From: Eledone cirrhosa
Lineage: Eukaryota
Assembly: GCA_964016885.1 (NCBI GenBank)
Contig: OZ024744.1
Span: forward strand, 67,332,001 to 67,396,000
DNA length: 64,000 nucleotides
Direction: 5' to 3'
The first letter of the stretch is position 1. The number at the start of each line of letters is the position of its first letter. The notes below the pieces were generated by a model. It worked only from the letters and a program-made list of their open reading frames with translations, made no database searches and was not told the origin of the DNA. Of this stretch, positions 55,901 through 64,000 are shown in pieces. The position numbers and the translations under genes were made by a program.

Positions 55901-56880
55901 AATGTTTAGTTTGTTTGTGATGATAATGTTTTTGAGAATTATGTTAGTCTTGTGTATTATCTTTTGGTTCTGTTTGGAGTTCTGGATCTTAGGGAGGGTG
56001 TCTCGTTGCCCCATGTCAGATTCTTTCATTTTCATCCATTCGATCATAATTTCATCCTTCAAGTTGGCAAGTTCATTCTCATTCATTTCTTTATCATTTA
56101 CGATCTCATTATTTTCATTTGGAGTTTCATCCTGAGCATGCACTCCCTCCACTTTTTCGATCCTTTCTTTAATTTGTTCTGTTGCCAGTGATTCCGCCCC
56201 AACCCTGGGATTCGAAGTGTTACAGTTTACCTCGTTTTCACTGACACATGTTTCATTTTCCCTTCGCTGACTTTGTACTAATAGCTTGATCTGATCAATT
56301 TCTATATCAGTTAGTAACTTTTTTTTACAATATTTCTTCGTATATTGGCTAGTTTGTTACTGTCAATATAGCCTCTGTTTTCGAGATGTTTCTTTTTCTA
56401 GTTGATATATGTCTGTTCTGTATTCGATGTATTTGATGGGTAGTACATGGCAGTGTAGAAAGCCTCAAGGACTTCTTTATTATCTTCCCTTGACCATTTT
56501 TCTCTCTTTTTCTTTGGATTTCTTGGTGGTGAGCATTGAGGGCCAACAGTAGGAGTATTCCGGTTATGGGAGGTCTCCAGCTCCAAAGTGATGGGAAGGT
56601 TTGAACCATTAGCTGATTTTTCGACCCCAGTCTGGTTCCTCTCTGAGAGACGCGGCCCTTTTTTACCCGGGTGACGGCCGATCCGGTATGAGATTTTATC
56701 ATTAGACATTTACTTTATTTTGTCGCGTTTTATCCTTATCCGCCAAGGGGTAATCATTTCGTGTTACCACTTCTAGAACGAGTGTCAACCAAGACTAGAG
56801 GGGTCGTTCTCCCCTAGAGACACGGCTATTCCCCGCCGGCCGCCATCCCGGTATTTCTTGGTCACGGGGTTTTCTTTTTG
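52915..56880 (-). mobile_element. R4/Dong-type family A, apparently full length (A4)
   Basis: ORF pieces 56398-56709 (KREKWSREDN motif), 53321-56152 and 53059-53319. The 5' boundary is approximate. Confidence 0.92.
53059..56709 (-). pseudogene. Single-ORF RT-RLE polyprotein of A4 with a few frameshifts
   Basis: [51 protein letters not shown] finger and NRPD. Comparison with A3 shows a 1-bp insertion near 53330. Confidence 0.93.
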
Positions 56881-57638
56881 TTGTTTTTTTAAATTGTTAT
56901 TATCATGAGTGGTTCCTTAATGTGAGCATTGCGTGGCTTAAGAATGAAATTATTAATAATTGTCTCCACTCCAGGCACAAGGCCAGCAATCACCCAGTGC
57001 ATTACAATAATATAATATACTTTTTGCTGAAGTTGCCTGTTATTGTTGTTGGCTATGTCGGTGGTGGTGCCGGGGCTTTTTATATTGTTGGTGAGGAAGG
57101 GGTGAGCCAGCAGTCCCATAGTTGTTGATGTTGACGTTTGGCCGGTGGCCAGGTCACTAAGTCAATCTATTTATATCTTTTGCTAGCCTCTCCCTTGTCT
57201 AGTGATACCGCCACCTTCCCCTTTCTCTCTCAAGTTAACAGGGGAATAGTGGTGGTAGCAATGAAGGAGTGGTGGCGGCGGTGATGGGATAGTGGTAGCA
57301 ATGATGGATGGGGTGGTGGAGGCGGTGGCGTTGTCGTTACTGAGTTTTGTGATATGTAGTATCTATGAGTTTGTGTTCGTATGTTTAATATATATTGTGT
57401 TGACATATTCTCGTAAAATTTGAATTAAACATTTTGTTAAAACTTGAGACAATAATAATAGTAATTATTATTATGATGCTGGGATTGATGGTGGTGGTGG
57501 TGAATTTGCCGTTATCTGGCTGTTATATTTAGTGTGATGGGATAGGTGGTGTATCAAGTTTCTGGTGTTCGTGAAATTGCTGTTATTTGGCTGTTCTATA
57601 TAGTGTAGACAGATTATTATTATTATTATTATTTATTA

Positions 57639-57685
<47 letters not shown>

Positions 57686-57697
57686 GTTATTGTTATT

Positions 57698-59728
57698 CCT
57701 TGAATCTCAGTCATTGATGTTGGTTAACTGGAAAGTCCGTTGGATTGAATATCAAGCCACTACCTGCAGCCTCAGATATTCAGGACGTATCGGAGGGTTC
57801 TTGCCGTTCCAAGCAAGCATGCCTTTTGAAGCGTTCCAAAAAGCGTGAAGGGGCCGATTTTCTTTAACCATCCCTGGAAACCTTTGGAGATAGTCCCCAG
57901 TGCGCCTATGACAATCGGGATCACTTTGACTTCATGGCAGTTCCAAATCCTTTTCACCTCCCACTTTAGGTCCTGGTATCGGTTAATTTTCTCCCTCTCC
58001 TTCTCTTGCACTCTCGTGTCGAACGGGCAGGCCACATCCACAATCAGGCACGATCTTTTTTCTTTGTCCACAACCACCAGGTCAGGTCTATTGTGTTCCA
58101 GTTTTTTGTCCGTCTGTATCCTAAAATCCCACAGCACCTTCACCTGACTGTTCTCCATCACCGCCTCTGGCCTATGCTCATACCATTTCTCAGAATGTGG
58201 TAGATTGTTTACTTTGCACAGGTGCCAGTGGATCACCCTGCCCATCACATCGTGTCTCCAGCCCTTATAGTGGGTCTGGGCTAGGTGTTTACACTCGGAC
58301 ACAATGTGAGCCACAGTCTCCTCTCTCTCTCCACAGATCCTGCACAGTGGGCTAGCCTCCTCCTTGTAGATATGGTGCTTCAACCACTTCGTTTTGAGGA
58401 CCTGCTCCTGCGCAGCCATTAGCATTCCTTCTGTAGCCTTTTTGAGGTCTCCTCTTCTCAACCAGTTCCATGTCTGTGGATCTCTAAATTCAGTTTTCTC
58501 AAAGAAGGTACTATGAAGGGATTTTCCCTTAAGGCTGCTCTTCCTCCTTGATGTTATTTCCTCCTTGGATATCCCCTGGCCTACTGTCCCCTCCTTCAGT
58601 ACAGCTCTGAGCATTGGCTCCTTACTATAGGTCACGTATTTGTATAGGTTGTTTTTCTCCATCTGAACACAGTCCTCTATGCTGATAAGACCTCTTCCAC
58701 CCTCAGATCTCCTTAGGTAGAGTCTATCGACATCACTCCTCTTGTGGAACATGTTGTAGATAGTCAATAGCTTCCTAGTCTTCCTATCCATTTCTTTTTG
58801 TTCAGCAACATTCCATCTCAGAATTCCCGCACTGTACCTAATAATAGACACAGCTCGGGAATTTACTGCGCTTATGGCATTTCTGCTGTTCAGATGTGAC
58901 TTCAATACGCTCCTTACTCTCCGAATGTATTCAGTTCTTAACAATTCCTTCATTTTTTTGTTCTTTATGCCATCAGCCTCCAGAACGCCCAAATACTTGT
59001 ATCCTTCCTCAGAGTCAATTTCCTTTATCATCTCACCTGTTGGTATCTGGATCCTGTTACTTCTGCTCAACCTACCCCTCCTCATCACAATGACTCCACA
59101 TTTACCAATACCAAACTGCATACATATATCACTGCTGAAAATACGGACAGTGTCAACAAGCACATCCAACTCCTTCTCACTTTTCCCGAAGAGCTTAAGA
59201 TCGTCCATGAAGAGGAGGTGATTGATGGTAAGCTCTCCCCTTCCCAACTTGTATCCTGCTCTCACTTTTCGCAGCATAATGGTCAAGGGCATCAGGGCAA
59301 GGACAAACAACAGAGGGGACAGGCTATCTCCCTGGAAGATACCTCTCTTGATCTTCACGCTTCCCAAGGATACTCCAGTTGATGTCAACTCTGTCTCCCA
59401 GGACCCCATACTCCTGCCCAGCAACTGTCTGATGTTATCTGCCACCCTGAAGATCTCCAGGCTTTTGGTGATCCAGGAATGAGGCACCATGTCAAATGCC
59501 TTTCTGTAGTCTATCCATCCCATGGCAAGATCAGTGTGTCTCCTCCTGCAATTCCCCATTACCATCTTATCAATAAGCAACTGGTCCTTTGTACCACGTG
59601 ACTTCTTTCGGCATCCTTTCTATTCGTCCGGCAACAAGTTGTTTGTGTGGAGGTGATGGTAGATTTCCTCAGACACAATGCTCGTCAACAGTTTCCACAT
59701 TACGGGCAGACATGTGATAGGTCTTTAG
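57698..59728 (-). mobile_element. R4/Dong-type family B, 5'-truncated (B2)
   Basis: 602-aa ORF 57772-59580 is nearly identical to B1 but has a different 5' truncation point. Confidence 0.93.
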
Positions 59729-59798
<70 letters not shown>

Positions 59799-59799
<1 letters not shown>

Positions 59800-60052
59800 A
59801 GTTGCATTTATCTTGCTTTATGTTCATACGAGTTATCACCAAGTCACAACCAGTGACCTCAAGAGACAATAAGGTCCGCCATGTTCAAGAAAGAACATAC
59901 ATACTCACACATGCATCTTTAGTGTTTAGACTTGTGATGTACTTATATTGAGAGAATCTTCCTTAGTATATGGGCAGTTTCCATTAGTACTATCTTTTGT
60001 ATTTCTCCTATACGCGGGTTTCCTGGGATTTGCGATAAGTAATCATTAGACC
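59799..60052 (-). mobile_element. R4/Dong-type family A, short 3' fragment (A5)
   Basis: Same 3' end; (ATT)n flanks. Confidence 0.92.
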
Positions 60053-60075
60053 TTATTATTATTATTATTATTATT

Positions 60076-63000
60076 GGCGACCTACGTAGTAAATCGTATT
60101 ATCGTGAGCTCCGCAAAGGTTTGTTATTTTCAGTTGTTTAAAATTGCCATTTATGGAAATTTTTTATTGTTAACTGTATATAAGTGCACATACATTGTTA
60201 TCTGAAAAGGACACCCAAAAAGATTGGGGCCTTGAGCCCAAAATTTAAACTTTTATAATTATTAAACAAAAATTTTTCTTTGAAAAACCATGGACGACTC
60301 AGAGTCACAACTTCCTCACAAACTAACACCTCACACCGACACCACCATTGTAAATATTACTACGTTTGCCAACACTAAAAATATAAGCAGTAGCAATATT
60401 TTAAATTTGTCTCAGGCAGACATTCATTTCCCGCCATTACCAATGACTGCAGGTGTTAAAGCCGCCACCCCCACCACCACCACAGCGATAACAGAAAAAA
60501 AATAAAAAAATAAATTAACTCATGATATCGAAATGAATTCAACCAAAATGAACTCTTCCACAACGAACACCACTGACGCCACCACCAACACAACTGAAAC
60601 AAAAATTAACAATAACAAAAATAACGATAACAGCAACAATGAAATTAAGAAAACCACCCTGAGTTTTGCCAGAGTAGCAAAACAGTGCGAAGCATTCCAA
60701 GTAACTCAGGAGGAATTAGAAGAAGCCAAAAAGATGGTAAAGAAAGATGGGTAGAGGGTCAGCCTCACTCCCCCCCTCCTCACACATACCTAATAAAATG
60801 GAGCATCGGAGCCTATGCACCGTGTCATATCGAACAATAAATGTAAAATCGCGCCGAGTGGAGCGGACATCCGAGTCCCAAATCCAAAAAGCTTTGGGAC
60901 ATGTGTGGGCAAAAAAAACCATATCAGACGTGGGGAGAAATATGGAACCGTGGACGTGTTCTTTGAAACACCACAGGAGGCCAGAGAACACTCCATGGCC
61001 CCATTAAGAAGTGACGACTTCACACTCGTCCCAAGCTACTGTGGCCAGAGACTCGTGAAGATCAGGGTGACCCACGTTCCACCAGCCATCGAAATTCCCT
61101 GGCTAATAGCTGCCGTCCTCGCCGGCATCGCAGCCAACACCAAGATAATCGAAATAGCGAAAGAAAAGCAAGAGAACTGATCCGGATCTGGGATGGACCT
61201 CCTGATACAAGCGGACCAAAAAAGCATTGAGGAGATCCCAGAGGTAATAGATCTCACTGACGGCAGCCACCTCACCGTAATCGTCGAAGGCAGAAGGCCT
61301 AGGTGTGTCGTTTGTGGTGAAGGAACCCACCTAAGGGCTTTCTGCCCTCAGGCTAAAAGGTTGAGGCCACCTCTCTTAACCACCTCAGTGACTCAACCAT
61401 CAACACCACCAGCAGCAGAGATGGCAGCAACAACTGTAGCAGCAACAACAGAAGCAACTGTAACAGCAACAACCACGGCAACAGTAGCAAAACCAACACC
61501 ACCACCACCCTACGCGCCAGAACTAGCACCAGCGCCTACACCATCCACCACGCCACAACCAAAACCAACGCTTGTGGAGGATTTTCCACTCCCCGGCCTA
61601 TCACAACTGGAGAGAGATTGTGACGACGAGGCGTGGGAAACGGTATCAGGAAAAAAGAAAAAAAGAAGCCAAAAAAGAAAAAATTCTCTTCCCTCCCCCT
61701 CCAAAAACAAAATACAGAGAGAAACAAATAAACTATCAAACAAAAAAGTTAGGACAGATATGCCACCATCCATACCAGCATCACTAACCCCATCACCACA
61801 AACACCAACACCATCACCATCATTAGCCCAACACCACCATCACCAACACCACAAAAGTCACCAAAAAGCGAAACAAACAAACCCACAACAAACGCAAACA
61901 AAACAAAACAACCAAAACGATACACACTACACAGCATTAAATTTGAACAACAACCAATTATTACACTACATGCAACACAACACCAGCATCACAGAAAAAG
62001 ACTACACAACAACCCAAAAGTTCACACCACCTCCACACATACAAATCACTCGCATCACACAGAAAACGTACACGACACTAAAACAAAAATTCCCCAAAGA
62101 CATCGGAGACTTCCGACAAACACTCTCCAGGAGGATTTATAAGGACATCCTTCCGGAGGAAGCCACAAGCAGTGAAAAAGATGGAGAAACCATCCTTCCT
62201 CTACCAGAAGTAAGGTAAGTGGTCTTTCCCATCTTTTCCACTCCATTTCAACATTACCTCACTCAGAATAGGCAGCATAAATGCGCTTGGCTTGGGGTCG
62301 TCATGGAAGCAGGGCCACCTGCTCTACGACCTCAGGTCACTAAACATAGATGTAGTGACCATCAGCGAGACCAGAATCTCCGAAGCACGGGCCTTCGCAC
62401 CGATCTTCGGTGGCTACGATGTGTACGCATCTCCCAGCCGCCCTGGATCGGGGGGAGGAGTTGCTGTGCTTTTTCGGACGTGACCAGCGGAGACTGGCAA
62501 GCTTTCAGGTTAGTGGCCGTCTATGCCCCGACAGGAGCAGGGTGGCCTGATTTCTTCCGGCGTCTGGAAACCTTTCTTGGAACGTCCCGCTCTTTAGTGT
62601 TAGTGGGCGACTGGAACGGGATCTTAGATGCACGCTGGGACTATGTGGGATTAGCGGATAGGGGTGGAGGGTGCAAGAGCCTCACCAGACTGCTCAGGCG
62701 TTTTGAACTGTCTGACAGGTGCCGATTGGATTTCCTGAATGTGCCAATTTGGACTTGGACAAATCGCATAGGGTCATCCAGATCATATCTAGATAGAGTA
62801 TTTTGTAGGGAAATAGATAGCTCTAGCATAGGCTGTCCACAATTCAAGATAGTCAGCTACACGGACCACAAATTCGTAATCTGTGTGCTTGACTTAGATA
62901 GGCTTAATAGACGAGGACCCGGCTACTGGAAGCTAAACGCGTCCTTACCAGCACGCAAGGCCTACAGTGACTGGATTAGCGAACTAGTTAGCGGGCGTTG

Positions 63001-64000
63001 ACGGGGGCCATCGTCAGCAACAAGTGGTGGGTTGCTCTGAAAAGAGCGATTAGAATAGAGTCCATTAGGTTTAGTAAGGCTTTAGCAATAGAGAAAAATA
63101 GAGCAGAGGGAGAATTAGTTAGAAAATTAGATGAGGCGCTTAGCAAAGGCATCGCGACCGACGTACTTGCGGCGAAATTGGCCCTTGACCAAAATCTTCA
63201 ATGCAAAGCACGAAGGCTGCGTTGTCAGAGCTAGGGTGCGTGCTCTCAGACACGAGGGGATGAAAGCCGTTCAATGGGCCCGAGTGGCGGAGGCGCGTCG
63301 TGGCAACAAAGCCACGATCCGGTCTTTGGTGGACCACGACGGGCGCATGCTACTCGATCCCGGGCAAATGTGTGAAGCTTTCCAGCGACACTTCGCCCAG
63401 CTGTTCAGGGACAGCGGCGGGCCGAATCGAGGGATGGACTTTAGTGTCTACCTCGAAGGACTGCCGCGGTTCTCGGCCACTGAGGCGGAGTGTTGCGAAA
63501 AGCTGATAACAGCCGCTGAAGTACGGGAGGCAATGACTGGCTGCACAAGGGGTAAATCGCCTGGTTTGGATGGTCTGCCCTATGAACTTTACGTACAGAT
63601 GCCAAACTTGTTCGGAGGCCTCTTGGCGGATGTCTACTGCAACTGGCAACAGAACGGGAGAATTCCCAGCTCTGTGAGCCGAGGAGCTGTGGGGCTGCTG
63701 AGAAAGGATCCGAACAAGGGGGATAACATAGATAATTTCAGGCCCATTACTCTGCTAAACACAGAGTTCAATATTTTGGCCAAGGTGCTAGCAAAGAGAT
63801 TGGCGCTTGTCGTTGGTGGTCTGGTGGGAGAGGCAGAGACGTGCGCTATTCCCGACAGATCCATCCACGACAACCTCCACCTTATGCGATACATCATAGA
63901 GAGGGTAGCTAGGGAACGTGGCACGGGTGGGTCCTACCTAGCGGCAGTCATGAGGGCGGCTGGCTTTGGGCCCGTCTTCAGAGGCTGGATCGCTGCCATG
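60076..64000 (+). mobile_element. Second Tx1-type LINE (T2), decayed, running off the window
   Basis: Homologous to 46983-51080 with stops, frameshifts and small deletions; preceded by (ATT)n. Confidence 0.93.

Noticed and set aside
56710-56880. HDV-like ribozyme in the A4 5' UTR
   Set aside because: GC-rich hairpins exist, but I could not build the nested double pseudoknot by eye.
43949-63924. Short antisense and alternate-frame ORFs over the LINEs
   Set aside because: Shadows of the real ORFs, repeated only because the elements are repeated.
45321-64000. Segmental duplication explaining B1-T1 versus B2-T2
   Set aside because: B1 and B2 have different truncation points, and T1/T2 are far more diverged than B1/B2.

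Overview
Repeat-dominated, AT-rich animal genomic DNA, most likely an octopod cephalopod (inferred from the SINE families and microsatellite density). No host gene can be called with confidence; four phase-compatible minus-strand exon candidates are noted. Positions 1-41.1 kb are a (TA)n landscape colonised by Penelope-like retroelements of the Naiad type: three decayed RT/GIY-YIG copies, many short TA-flanked fold-back remnants, and two tandem non-coding monomers (about 243 and 637 nt) that look like retrozymes. This part carries about 20 hand-folded type I hammerhead ribozyme motifs, several with non-canonical cores (U3-A8, C4, very long stem II). A small ACTC...GAGTRCY hairpin recurs about 40-60 nt from the 3' ends of otherwise dissimilar families. 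Nested here are a complete but decayed Ty3/Gypsy element, a non-autonomous Helitron whose empty site is visible, a deleted mariner, tRNA-derived SINEs, and RTE, CRE and Tx1 fragments. From 43.1 kb to the window end is an almost uninterrupted train of non-LTR elements separated by (ATT)n tracts: seven R4/Dong-type copies (two families), all on the minus strand, and two Tx1-type copies, both on the plus strand. All RNA structures and alignments were done by eye; no database searches were run.
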